A stretch of DNA of 64,000 nt from Phoronis australis. Taxonomy: Eukaryota; Animalia; Phoronida. The DNA is taken from assembly GCA_002633005.1 (NCBI GenBank), contig NMRA01000014.1, positions 332,187-396,186 on the forward strand. The letters are read 5' to 3'. The notes beneath the pieces are model-generated. The model worked only from the letters and a program-made list of their open reading frames with translations. It was not told where the DNA came from and did no database searches. Position 1 is the stretch's first letter, and every line of letters starts with the position of its first letter. The position numbers and the translations under genes were made by a program. Positions 1 to 13,241 of this stretch are shown here, piece by piece.

Positions 1-810
1 AAAATAAAGTTTTCCCGAAACTGAATCTTAATAAAAGGAAGCTTGACCTTCGACTCAGCTATAATTACGTCAGGCAGCTCCCAACTACCCGTCAGTGCGC
101 TCGTGGCCTAGACCAATTTTTACTCTCCGTAAATCTTTGTATGTTTACGGTTACTCAAATCCTGATGGCTGCAACCCCGGTATTACCCCCACCTATGGCG
201 GACGTGGAGGTGGGGTTCGGTACAAATATGCTGACATCCAGAGAACTGGGGCGTTGACGATAGCAAGTGTGTAGGTTGTCGATGTCAAATTGTTTTGTGC
301 CCCCCAATATTTTTTTCTTTCCTACTGGCCTGCAACACGACCAGCATGTCCAGTTTCTGGTGGGTGGGGAAAATGAAACAGGGTTTCTCAAAAATCTACA
401 CACTTCAACGCCTGAAGTTCAGTTCCCGTGGATCCCTGAGATTCTGCGCTGACCTATTGCATGGTATATCTTATTTTTAACGTGGTTGCACGGGAGTCAG
501 ACAAGCAAACAATTTAGTTCTTAAAGACAAAAATCCATTGTTCAATACTACTAGAAAATAAAAACACCAAGGAAATACAAAAACAACTTTTCCAAGCAAT
601 GAGTTTGATTTTATTTATTTAAGGATTTTTAAAGCTTTTTTCGATCTACGGTTTGTGAGTCTGAATTTCATCAATGTCTTTAAGAGTTATTTTAGAGAGG
701 CAAAATCTTCTAAGCGTACATGTACTTTACTATTTGAGGATCGGATTACAGAGTTTTTCAAACTTCAGACTCCAATTAAATTCACGGAATCATCATCATT
801 TCTAATTGTC

Positions 811-1536
811 TGTCAGAATATAGACTGACACTGTTTTTAGTTGTATTGTTTTGTTTTGTTTTGTTATTTTGATTGATTGGCATGACCCCTGAGTTAAGTA
901 AAATGATGATGTAATTTGTTTACTGCAGAATAGTATGGAACTTTCTAGAAGACTAAGGTCAGAACAGTGATGATGTCATTTATTCACTGCAGTATAGTGT
1001 GGAACTTTCTAGAATGACAATGATTAATGCAGTCTGAAATATTCTGTAGAATAGTATATGTTTGTAGAATGATTGGGTAGATTCAGGAAAGTTCTAGAAT
1101 GTGCTTGAATTGATATAAAGTTCCAGAACAATGCATTAGGCTATAAATACACAAGCACGGGTTTGTGTTAGGGAGATCAAATCAGTTCAAGAAAGTTAAT
1201 CAGGAGAATTGCAGTTGAGTTGCAGTGAAGAGAATAAGAAGTTACAGCGACAGTCAATAGAGAGCCAGCTATAGAGACAGCAGGTTATTGAATCGACGAG
1301 TGTAACAGTTGCTGAACGTGTCTCAAAAGTTCATCACAAGTCAAGGCTTCGCAGCACTGGCAGGAGCATAGAACGGACATTACGTCGGACGTTTTGTTTG
1401 AGTACGCTTGTAAACATACTGTCGGGATTAATAAAGGATTAACTCGAACCAGTCTTCAGTCAATCGTCGCACCTAAAGCTATTACCACAGGTCTGTAACA
1501 ACCTGTGCCCACCCACACACAAGGAAAAACGTGACA
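811..1536 (+). mobile_element. Solo LTR (Gypsy/BEL-type)
   Basis: Starts TGTCA and ends TGACA; perfect 5-bp TSD TTGTC (806-810, 1537-1541); TATAAATA near 1142; AATAAA near 1430; internal duplicated tgatgatgt...ggaactttctagaa blocks. Confidence 0.85.
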
Positions 1537-1914
1537 TTGTCATCTATGACTCTATCGATTTTTGTTGATACATAAACAAGTAAAATAAAAACCGACGAAT
1601 TTGATAATCAAAACAAAATGTTATAAGCAATTTCCGCAGGCATGCTCGCAGATTATTGACGGGTAACCGGGAGAACATGGGAGATGGGGCATTCGTATTA
1701 AAGTGTATTTTTGCTCATTTCAGAGGTACATGTGCCTATAACGGTTCACGAGGTAAATTTGAACTCCACTGACAAAAAACGCTGAAATCATTGTTTATGA
1801 TTGCGAGAGTCCTTTGAGTACCCCATTCTGACATGTACGCGGTCAACAGAAATAGTAGCATAGACAGCCGTATTTTCCACATGCGGAAATTCCTTACAAA
1901 CAAACCATAGTAGC

Positions 1915-2183
1915 CATACACGCACCCAAGTGGAGCACGGGGGACTCGCACGTGGCCCTCCCCCCATTTGGCATAGTAGGCAAAACGGTCCGCAAAAAGT
2001 CAGAGAAAAACGAGACAAAGACCACTAAAAAGACAAAAAGGCAGGAATTCGGCGGGAATGCTCAATTCATAGATTTGATGGTAAAGATGGTAAACTCAGT
2101 TTTTTCTTTGTCTCCGTTTTTAGTAAAAGGTCCGCATTCTCAAAAGTTCGAGCTCCCTATATTTTAGGCTGGGTGCGCCCATG
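1915..2183 (-). mobile_element. MITE with CATG(C/G)GCGCACCCA TIRs and 5-bp TSD (hAT5-like), copy A
   Basis: Ends CATACACGCACCCA...TGGGTGCGCCCATG; flanks GTAGC/GTAAC; reverse-orientation relative of the copies at 14059 and 14435. Confidence 0.65.
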
Positions 2184-4876
2184 GTAACCATCTTCAAAAG
2201 AGATACTGTTCTTGTGGTACTATGGGAAACTGTAACATTATTTTATAGCTAACCATCGGAAATAGTCTTTTTCTGTAATTCACATATAGTGGTCTTCACG
2301 TTCTTCAAAATTAAACCCTTTTGATGGCGGTCAATCTTATTGCATTTTGATCACATTTTTTGGTTGTTTGGGTCGAATGTCTTGATACTGCTGTGTTGGG
2401 CACGAATGTACGCTAGTACGCTCCGAAAGAGCTTTGCTTTACAAATTTTCCCGATTTTTCGAAATATATGTACGAGTGCGAATGGTTACTTGCACATTTT
2501 CAAGTGCGTTTAGACGACCTGTGCTGCAAAAGCGGAGACCCTATCAATGTTCTGGCCAGGGTCCTTAAAAGGTAAACCATGCACTGTTGGTTAATGTTCT
2601 CTTAGAATTTTCTCTCTTATCCGTATTTCGCAGTCTTTCTTTTCTCTATTGTACGCGGCCCCACGCCTATGTCGGTTGCCACGGTTTAACCCTGACGCTT
2701 GAGAATTTTTAGGGGGTCGGTGCCCCCGCTTCCTAGGGCCCTGAACTAACAGTGGGGTACGAATGACGAGAGAAAGGTCTAAACAGAAACGGGTAGGTAA
2801 CTACTGGGGTGTACAGTGTATTCACTACAGATTGTATTGAGATAGAACCCTTATGTCCATGTTTAGACCTCTGGCGGAAAACTCATATCATTATAAAGCT
2901 CCTTATCATTTCTTGATAGTGTATGATTATGCCAAAAGAAAATGTAATAGATAATTTGATTCAGAAGAAAATATAATTTCCCATTCCTGGCAGGTTTATT
3001 TGTTCAATTTTAAAAACCAAGAGTGTTACCAAAATGCGAAAAAATAACAAGTTATATCCTATCAAGGCAAATATTTTGTAATATGGAACCCTCTAAGTAG
3101 CTGTGAATAATTTAGTTAGGCATACATCCAATATTATACATCTTTATATATCACTCAGACCTTTGTTGCCGTTGGATGGGCGTCGACATTTACAAAAACC
3201 CGATAAACTATATTACTCCAACGAACTATCCCAATTTGTAGATAAATGCTTTCTGAAAGTTAAAGAACGAGCAAACTTCTACTGTGCAGCAATTAAATGT
3301 ACTCTGGATAAATCATTACATAGGTTGCAGTGTAATGTTTTTCGTAGTAGTTCATAAATAACTCACTTCTTCAGAAAACAAAAATTAGTGCTCCTGATAC
3401 TTGCAGCGTATGTTACCTAAAGGAGAGACATTGGGACACATTTTTATGATAGTTATGTTACTAAAAAATGGACTCTGGAAAATAAAAATATTCATGACGA
3501 AGAGATAATGTTATTTTGAACACATGTTGCAGAGCTGTCAACATTCGAGAATTAAGAAACGGGACAGTTGATTTGAAAAGCGGGATTTTAGGATGGAAAA
3601 CGCGACATCTGGACATCTGGGCCTATACCAGAACGTAAGTGTAAAATGTTCGTCGCAAAACATAAAAACGTCCCGACCGCGTTTTTTTTGTCTAACGGGA
3701 AACGTAACACCCAAAAGCGAATGGGAAAGACCGTGAGCCTCAAAAACTCATGAAACGTCCCATTTTTTCTTTTTAGTCGAAGAGACAATTTCGCGTGAGA
3801 TATTACATTGTGCATATGATAAAATTTCAGTTTTGCCATGTGTCAAAAAGCGGGACATTTTTACTGTGTGGCGGGATGGTGGCAAAAATTCAAAAAGTCG
3901 GATAGAGCAATGCAGTTGGAAAGTACAACGTACGTTTTCAACAACACAAAGTATTGGATTGGATACTTTTACAAGATAAACGTTTCATGTTTTAAATTTT
4001 ATTTCACGGATACAGGTAAATACAATATATACCTTATTCATAGCTCAGAAATCGAATTAACAAAAAGTATCTCGGCAACAGGTAAACCTTGCACAAATGA
4101 ATTATTATCAAAACAATAAAACAATAACAATATTTACATGCATATATACATACACTCTTAGCTACGCAACTGCATGTAGTTTTTCGGAAGTAACGTAAAC
4201 ACCCTTGTTAGTGTAGTCTAAACTTTTCATTGTAGAACAAACACTCAAAAACCAAATGTCACATCTTTCCGTAAAATACAGTAACCCAAAAAATATTAAA
4301 ACACTCCTTGTTTGATAGGTTGTCGACAGTGTGTTCTAAGACTAGAGCTGAAAATACATCAGAGGCCACATTATTCCCGGCACCCAGCCAGAACCAAAGG
4401 TCGTTGTGTACTGACTCATGTTATTGTCGGGTGTGTTGACCAATTTTGCTGGGAAATCGCTGGTTGTCTGAAACTGTACATCAACAGTCTCGCTTGGTGA
4501 ACGAAAATAATAAAATGAAAACGATGCTTTCAAATTGGGCTTGGCTTCACAACTATATACACGACTCGATCAAAGCTCAGTCCAGGAGACAACCGGGAAT
4601 TCACAATGTAAACTCTTGCAGCAAGTCTCGGGGCGCAAGCTTTAATAATAGAATACATAGGTTAGGTGCGGGAGTTGACATTACAGGACCAGAGTTCTTT
4701 GGTTAGGCGCTTGCTAACAAGTCATGCCGGAAACCAGCTAGGTACATGACCGTAGAAATATTCCCGATTTGAACCATTCAGAGGCACCGGAATAGCGGAG
4801 CTGCAACGCCGCCATATTGGAAATGGGTCAGAATGTTGCATTGTGGTCGATAAACAAGTACGCCGGTGAGCGTGGG

Positions 4877-5248
4877 ATGAACCGGCCACAGGGAGGTTAT
4901 ACGTGTTGTGTGCCTGGCTGCTATAATACCAGTTAGCGAGACAAAGAATTTAGTTATTACCTGTTTCCCAAGGATCAAGAACTGCGTTAAAAATGGGTCA
5001 GACACATCGGTAGAGTTGGTAGCAAAGACCGACTTAGTGAATTGTTTCGTACTTCGTGGCACAAAGTATGCAGCGCCCATTTTGAGGGCGGCAAGAAAAC
5101 GTATCTTGGAAACTGGCCAAACATATTTCCCTTTAAAAAAAAAGTAACATATACTCCAAGACGGAGGGTATTGAAAAATAACGTGTTTTCGCTTGACCAG
5201 AACCAAGCCAACCAAAGCAATTTTGAGGATAATGCCTCTATACAATAA
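4877..5248 (+). pseudogene. THAP-domain pseudogene (DNA-transposon derived)
   Basis: [42 protein letters not shown]...HKVCSAHFEGG...WPNIFP: the THAP C2CH, FP, W and HF motifs with two in-frame stops. Confidence 0.8.
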
Positions 5249-6137
5249 CCTGTTCTGGGTCGACACACTTAACGCACATTATGCATTAACGTGCTAAGGT
5301 AAAGTCCAGAATATTATTATTTACTTTCTACAAAATTGCGGTGCATTGCTATCAAAATTCTTTGTTAAATTACGATCATTTTTCAGAAAATTGTGCTGAA
5401 ATCCCAGGTCAAAATCTCGCCGACAAATGCGTTACTGCCGGTCTCGCAATCGTCGATAGGGCTTGAATTTTTCAAGAAGAATACAGTTTCGACTCAACAA
5501 ATTACCTGAAATCCTCCTCAAGTTTTCAAAATAGCGTCTCTAAGAATTTGAAGTTATTGTGGAGTCTGGATTAACTGCAGATTAAGACCAAATCTGCGCT
5601 AGATCATAGTGTAGCCCGCAAAACGAGAAAAATCACATGTTGTTGTCACGTAACGTTTGATTTGAAGTTTGTATGCCTGTGTGAGAGTGAGCGTGCGTGT
5701 GCTTGTCATCAGAGTTCATTTGCCAGAGTAAATGCGATATAATGAGCTAGGTGTGAATTGTAAAAAAAGAAATTAACTCAAGCAGTCAAGTAGAGTGTCT
5801 TTTAATCTTTAACACTTGCTGGGCTCATCTGCCAAAAACCGCTCGAGAATTGTTTCGGTAGGACCGATATGTCGCCGGGTGAGTGGATGCGTGACCGTAG
5901 TGTAACAGCTATTTTCCGGAAGATACGGTGTATGCGAACGAATGTGTTCACTATCACGGGTCATTTTGACTTTGAAAGCACCAATTATGATTAGTTAAAT
6001 AATTTCTCTTTAAAATAATCCAAAAGTGTTCCACTGTATTAGAAACTTTCGGAAATTAGTGCTAATATTTATTCCTTGCCGATGCTGTTACCCGTTTCAT
6101 GAACAGATATTTCCCGACTAAATGTCTTCGATGACAG

Positions 6138-9100
6138 CATAGATTATAGCATAGACTATAGTACATGGACCGCCAACTCCGTATACTTTCAATGAACGAA
6201 ATCTGTGACCTTACGCACAAGCCCTTACATGTACGTCATTATTCACTGGCGACATCTGGCTAAATTATCTGGTGCAATTTCCGGCAAGTACGTCGTCTGC
6301 TAATCATGGTCGGCTACTATGTGGCCTGTTGTTCGGCCACACACGCGAAATGCAAAGGAAGTAGCCTCCATACCATCTGAAGACCCCATAATCGGCTGTG
6401 GGAAGAAAACCTTACTTCTTGTGTCAACGTGAATGGCAGTTGTTTCAGCAATAAGACTTTATACATTTATTCAAGGCACTTCGAAGATGAATGTTTTTAA
6501 GAGCCTCTACTACTTAGTCTTAATCCTGTCTTCACAAATCCATTTTTGTTTTCTCAGTTTTGATGAAAACTATCTGGTAAATTTTTTGACGAAAATTATC
6601 CGCTAAATTTCTTCCAAAGGTGGTGACTCGTAAACTCTTGTCCTTACGAGGAAGTTCAGCCATAGCCTAGTGTACGAATTAACCAAATTACTCTTCGCTG
6701 GTCCTGATCAGACGGTTGGTCTCAGCAGAATGCGCACATTTGGCCAGGATTTGGATCAGCGATTTCAACACATTCACATTCGTGTACAAATAAATAGAAC
6801 GCTGGTAAAACCTTTAACATGAATAAAGATTACATTAATACTTCATAAACAAGCACCTGGACCAGTCAAAATCTATCTCGCAATTCAACAGCAGGTTACA
6901 TACTCATTTCATGTCGAATACATGCCGCACAAAATCTCTCGACTGCCGTCTATGAAAATGCAACCAACTTCTTTGAAAACATGGAACAGGAACACCAGCG
7001 GGGTGTAAAGGTTGTTTTTATTCTTCAGTGTTAATTTTTTGTAAGCGGACATATGCTTTTTTAAATTTCCGCCTTAAGTCCTAACATTTCTAAACTTAAG
7101 TCTTTCAAACGAACGTATATGACGAAAACAAAATTCTTCAACCAGATTTTTCAAGTCCTTTGCCACCTGTAGGGTACATAATGAGCCAATCCCACTCCTA
7201 ATGTAACAAAATGTGCGTAAAGGATACCAAGTATTGCCCTTCTGAAATATTACCGTATGCGCCCTACTAATCGGCCCGGATGCTTAGAAAAATCCGCTTC
7301 ATGAAGGGGGCGCTTATTATAGCCCAAAAGTGGTTGAAACCCGGTCTCCGAAACAGGTGAAATCGTAAGCTAGAATTCATCAAACTTACGCTCTGTAAAA
7401 GCAACACTTTGTATCTTATTCTTATTTGACCAATCTGTTGATACAGAAAATATCCTTATTTATGCCCATACTGATTTGACTGCAACTTGAGCTTGTTGGG
7501 TTCTATCATATGGGTTTCCATTGGGACCCACATGATGCTTACACGAATGGGCTTTATTTTACCAAGTATTTCAAATTGAGGTGAAGTATCATCACCAGTA
7601 TTTCATCATTAGTATCTTTTGCCGGGTTCTCAAATTTTCAGAGACTAGGGATTGTCAGATTTGTAAGGTACAAGTGTTTCGCTGGATTTCCAGGTCTGTG
7701 GCGTTATTTATACCTGACCAAAATTAAAAAACAGACCTTGATTTAAATCAGGAGCTGCATCATACACATTTATTAGACGTGCGCAGGCATTGCACTGATC
7801 ACTTGGAACCATTTTATGGTTTATTAATATATAGTTAAACCAAGCTGAGGAGCTTGAAACCTGATTCACGGCAATTTTTGGCAGTGGTATTTTCTGAAAA
7901 ATGCTCGTAAGTTGGCAACAAAGTTTGATAGCAATGCACTGCAGTTTTGTAGAAACTCTGTTCATACAGTAGGTTAGAGATGCGTCACAGAGCGTAACTT
8001 TAATGAATTCTAGCTTACGATTTCACCTGTTTCGGAGATCGGGTTTCAACCACTTTTGGGCTATAATAAGCGCCCCTTCCTGAAGCGGATTTTTCTAAGC
8101 ACCCTGACCGCTTATTAGGACGCATACGGTAATATTTCAGAAGGGCAATACTTAGTATTCTTTATGCACGGGACCCTTTTGTTACATTAGGAGTGGGATT
8201 GGCTCATTATGTACCCTACAGGTGGCATAGGACATTACAAAACTGGTTGAAGAATTTTGTTTTCGTCATATACGTTCGTTTGAAAGGCTTTAGTTAAGCA
8301 ATGTTAGGATTTAATGCGGAAATTTTAAAAACCATATGTCCGCTTACAAAAAATTTAACATTGAAGAATAAAAACAACCTTTACACCCCGCTGGTGTTCC
8401 TGTTCCATGTTTTCAAAGAAGTTGGTTGCATTTTCATAGACTGCAGTCGAGAGATTTCGTGCGGCATATATTCGACATGAAATGAGTGTGTAACCTGCTG
8501 TTGAATTGCGAGATAGATTTTGACTGGTTCGGGTGGTTATTTATGAAGTATTAATGTAATCTTTATTCATGTTAAAGGCTTTACCAGCGTTCTATTTATT
8601 TTTACACGAATGTGAATTTGTTGAAATCGGTGATCCAAATCCTGGCCAAATGTGCGCATTCTGCTGAGACCAACCGTCTGATCAGGGCCAGCGAAGAGTA
8701 ATTTGGTTAATTCGCTCACTAGGCTATGGCTGAACTTCCTCGTAAGGACAAGAGTTTACGAGTCACCACCTTTGGAAGAAATTTAGCGGATAATTTTCAT
8801 CAAAACGAAGAAAACAAAAATGGATTTGTGAAGACAGGATTAAGTATTAAAAGCAATCATCTTCGAAGTGCCTTGAACAAATGTATAAAGTCTTATTGCT
8901 GAAACAACTGCCATTCACGTTGACACAAGGTTTTCTTCCCACAGCCAATTATGGGGTCTTCGGATGGTATGGAGGCTAATTCCTTTGCATTTCGCGTGTG
9001 TGGCCGGACAACCGGCCACACAGTAACCGAACATGATTAGCAGACGACGTACTTGCCGGAAATTGCACCAGAAAATTTAGCCAGGTGTCGCCAGTGAATA

Positions 9101-9184
9101 ATGACGTAAGGGCTTGTGCGTAAGGTCACAGATTTCGTCCATTGAAAGTATACGGAGTTGGCAGTCCATGTACTATAGTCTATG
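6138..9184. mobile_element. Foldback DNA transposon with about 1.2-kb TIRs (P superfamily, Galileo-like, non-autonomous)
   Basis: Arm 6150-7396 is the reverse complement of 7987-9184; termini CATAG...CTATG; 7-bp TSD ATGACAG (6131-6137, 9185-9191); 590-bp spacer without coding capacity. Confidence 0.85.
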
Positions 9185-10053
9185 ATGACAGCCGGTTCAT
9201 TATGCAGCGCGCGCTTTTTGGCCGCGTGCTAACACTGGTCGATTTTATTAGTCTTCGGTGATTCACGGTTTTCACGTGTACAAAGAGGTTTGGATTCCTG
9301 TTGAGGCCGGAGAAGATCTGTCCCGGAAAGATACAATGCATTCCCCCTGACCGTACAAGTACGCTGCGTGTGATTTCAAAGTGCAAACCATAGTGGGGCA
9401 CATCCCTCGCAAGAGCAGCAAAACTTTTGCGTTCTTTTTGAATCGCGGCGTAAGTTTGAAGTGTATACGGACATAACGGTCAGGCTCGTGGTCTACAAAT
9501 CCAGGACTGTCGGATCTTTCAGTTGATAAATTGGAGACGTTAGAACTGTAGGTAAGGCATTTTTCGCATGTAGTTCATGGGCTGGGCGCTTACTTTAAAG
9601 CGAAGTCTGAAAACGCGTTGGGGCACTTATTGTGGCATGGGCGCTTATTAGGGCAAATAGCTACAGAATTACATACAGCAGCGTAATTTAATACACACAA
9701 TCCACACGTCGCGCAAACCAATCGGCCATTCCACACAGGTTTATCAATCCCAATAGCCTTTGCGCACCCTAATTTCCGGACATGCGCAGTCGTTAAACGA
9801 CTCGGCTGCAACTCCGCTTTTGAACAAAGGAACAGTTCAACATTAATCCAGCTAACTTGTTTGTGCATCCGTTCAACTTTCCTTGTCTTTGGTTGAATTA
9901 GGGAAGGCAGAGAACTACATGTACACATTTTACATCCACTGATATTTGTCAATAGATTTTATCAAATACTGTTCCTTTGGAGTGGCAACCCAAAGCACAG
10001 CAGTAACACTTTTTTGTACTGGAAGGACGAAAAGCGAAATGCAGACAAGGAAA

Positions 10054-12345
10054 ACAAGAGCAACGCGGAGCGATGAAATGAGCCCACGAAGGCACCGCAA
10101 ACGGTGCGCTTCTAGGGGTGTTTATTTGTATCAGATAAATGGCCAATAGATGGCACAAAATAATCCGAATCCATCCAAAAAACGGGAACTTGTCATCGCT
10201 TCTTTAAAATATGTCTTGTAATTTAGTCCCTACAGAATGTTAATAGCCACTAGTGTCATAAATTGCCAAATGTAAAGAACTGTTAGGCGTATTGGCTTGC
10301 TTTTGTCTACGTCATCGCGAGAATCACCTTTTAATTCAAACAGTTGAGAATAACACCCGTTCTATTAACAATCCTATTCAATACAACTGTTATCAGCCCC
10401 TTCTTGTATGCGCTGGGATCTCGCGGTGACGACACATGTCACGAAAAGGCAGTTTCACTTATCATTTCACGGGCTTACATTAGCGCAAATGATCTCGCGT
10501 TTTCTTATCAACTAAGGCTTTGCTATGATTATCTGGTTAGCCCAATATCTAAAGTAACCAAATTCCGTTAAAGTTAGGCTTTAATTGAAAGCTTTTTATC
10601 AAATATCATAAAACTCCGTTAATGAATTTCAGAAAATCGGAGGAAACGGAAAACATGAAATTGTCACTGTAGGGATATGGGCAAAAAACATAACTGCCGC
10701 TCGAAAGTAGAGAATTATGACATTTAGATGGCGCTTGCTATTCGCCCTAGCCGCCATGTTCCTTTTGTCTCTAAGACCATTGTTTAATTAGCGATAAGAT
10801 TCCCTCATTTGTTGTAGCCTTAGCACATCTGTAGCATTGTTAACCTATTATAATCACACGTCCCTTATCAGCGACCTAGTATTTACCCTCTGTCTCTGTT
10901 CTTTCAGGTTACGATCATCCGTAGTTTGCTGTCAGTAAAGAAACACTTGCTAGTTATTTTCTATGATCGTGACCGCTAATCCTCTTAAACCAGTGACTTC
11001 AAACGATGCCCACCGCCCAGTGTCCTTACCCCGGGTGCAGCTATGAACCTGCCGACAGCGAAGTAACACTACCTGTTAAACTTCTAAAAATACACGGACA
11101 CACACAGACCGCCGACGCCTGATCCTCCACCCCAACTTTCTCCGGCGGCAGCAGTCCCGCAGTCGCCGGCACCATCGACTTCGCCGGCTCCGGCGCACTC
11201 CACGCCGCCGCCACGATGTTCCCTACACGAGAAGAGGCGACCTGCGTGGGTTGGAGTTTTCTTGCCATAGCCTCTTTCCCGTCGTTGATATCAGTCCTAC
11301 CGTAGATCTATGTTCTTCCCGACTCCGGTTAGGACTTGGGGAGATAGATAATTATGACATAAAGATGGCGCTTGCTATTCGCCCTAGCCGCCATGTTCCT
11401 TTTGTCTCTAAGTCCATTGTTTAATTAGCGGTAAGATTGTTCCCTCATTTATTGTAGCCTTAGCACATCGGTAGCATTGTTAACCTATTATAATCACACG
11501 TCACTTATCAGCGACCTAGTATTTACCCCCTGTCTCTGTTCTTTCAGGTTACGATCATTCGTAGTTTGCTGCCATCAATAAACAGTAAAAAATACTTGCG
11601 AGTTATTTTCTAGAAAGCACCGGAAAATCCTCGTCAACCGTCCTTTTCACACTGAGAACATATATGTCAATTGTCATAATCATACTTAAGAGTGATTTGG
11701 TTGAAAGAGGGCCAGACGCAAAAGACAGGCCAAAAAACAGTAAAAATGGCCACTAGATGGCACAAAATATGTCAAATACATCCGAAAATAGAAACATGTC
11801 GTCGTTTCAGTAGACTGCTATTTACAAAATTGCATAATTATCTGGAGCTTGGATTAGAGAAAAAAGAGGAAAACGGAAAAAAATAAATTGCCACTAGCGG
11901 TACAACGTTTGTCGGATTCGCCTGAAAGTCGCCGCCGTTCATTGCCAACTTCATATAAATACATTTGCTAAATTTAATAAAGATCCTGCAAAGTGTTTGG
12001 AAGTTACAGCCATGCGCGTAAATAAAATCAAATTGCCACTAGGAGGCGCCACAGTAATCAAGGACATCGGAAAATCATCGACAGCCAACCTTTTCACAGC
12101 AGGAACATACATGCCAGTTTCCACAATCATCCTTAGAGTGGCTTGGTTGAGAGAGTGGCGGACGCCAAAACAGACTTGAAACAATGGAAATGGCCATTAA
12201 TTAGGTGGCGCAAATCACCTTGAATCAATCCTAAAACGAATGGATAGCGTCACCTCACTAATAGATGCCACATTTTATGGAAATCAAGTGAGGACCTTTG
12301 AAGCTAAACGTAAAAATCTAAAATTGCCACTAGGGACACACCATT
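10054..12345 (-). mobile_element. Helentron-associated (HINE/pearl-like) repeat, interrupted by an LTR element
   Basis: Begins AACAAGAGCAACG...ATGAGCCCAC as at 21784; internal tandem units aaattgccactaggaggcgccac...ggaaaatcatcg shared with 21784-23312 and 61490-63330. Confidence 0.6.
10708..11612 (+). mobile_element. Miniature LTR retrotransposon (TRIM-like Gypsy derivative) with TA...TA termini
   Basis: LTRs 10708-10963 and 11345-11612; termini TAGA...TCTA; 5-bp TSD GAAAG (10703-10707, 11613-11617); purine-rich tract before LTR2; AATAAA 11577-11582; internal Pro-rich frame ending PRCSLHEKRRPAWVGVFLP*, like Gypsy pol tails. Confidence 0.85.
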
Positions 12346-12605
12346 TTAAATTTTTGTGTCTTCAATATCTACACCATTTTGAAGTCCAATATGGCTGATA
12401 TTTTGCAGCGTTTCAAAATAAAAATTCTTCAATCCATGTTACACGCATATAGGTTTTGACAATCTCACTTCCGTTTGAGATGTACAAATACACCTACACT
12501 GTACAGTGATATTCTGGCCGCCATTATAAAATACAATTTGGCTGCAACCACGTTGATTCGTTCAGAAGTTCTTACATAAGTTCCCTGTGGCATATTGTGT
12601 AAAAT

Positions 12606-12937
12606 CATAGATTATAGACCGTAGATTCGGAACTCCGACATTTGCTTACGTGCTAGCCAAGAGGCGACGCCACTCTCCTAAATTTTCTGGTGCAGTTTCC
12701 GGTTAGTGGATTTTGACGGGAAATTCTGGCATCTACTTTACTGTCAAGCATAACGAAAAAAAATATTTTCGGCATTGAAACGCCGTTCAAAGTCTTTCAA
12801 TAGTAGTAGTGTTGGTATCGTGAGTACTTTTGGCAATGCTACTGGTAATTAATTACAAAATTCAAACTTCGGTGCCGACTGACTATGTCGTCTGCTTGCC
12901 CAATAGCAGCATATTTATCGATAGTTTATGATTTATG
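12606..12937. mobile_element. Degenerate small P-like element related to the foldback termini
   Basis: Starts CATAGATTATAG (identical to 6138-6149); shares ctaaatt.tctggtgca.tttccgg and gtcgtctgct with the foldback arm; no clean TSD. Confidence 0.35.
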
Positions 12938-13241
12938 GTTTACATAGGCCTACTGAGAAAACTACGAAGGCATGTTTGTGCACAATTCCAAGGAGTACCT
13001 GTGAATGCAAAAGATACTTATTTTATGCTTTTGGTTTAGAAAAATATTAATTTTGTTCGAATAAAAAATGCGCCTCTACAACGATTTGACTAGGTTAACC
13101 TTTGCCTTTTTATAATTCAACATTCTCAAGTGAGCAGTTCTTCTGGGAAGAGTTGAGTGGCCCTTAAAAGGGCCGTTGGCTGTAGTGTGCATGAGCCTTA
13201 GGTATAGCGTGAAATGGTTCTTAAAAGAACCGTTGAATAAT

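Noticed and set aside
4778-5266. 162-aa minus ORF as a gene
   Set aside because: Antisense shadow of the THAP pseudogene; no motif.
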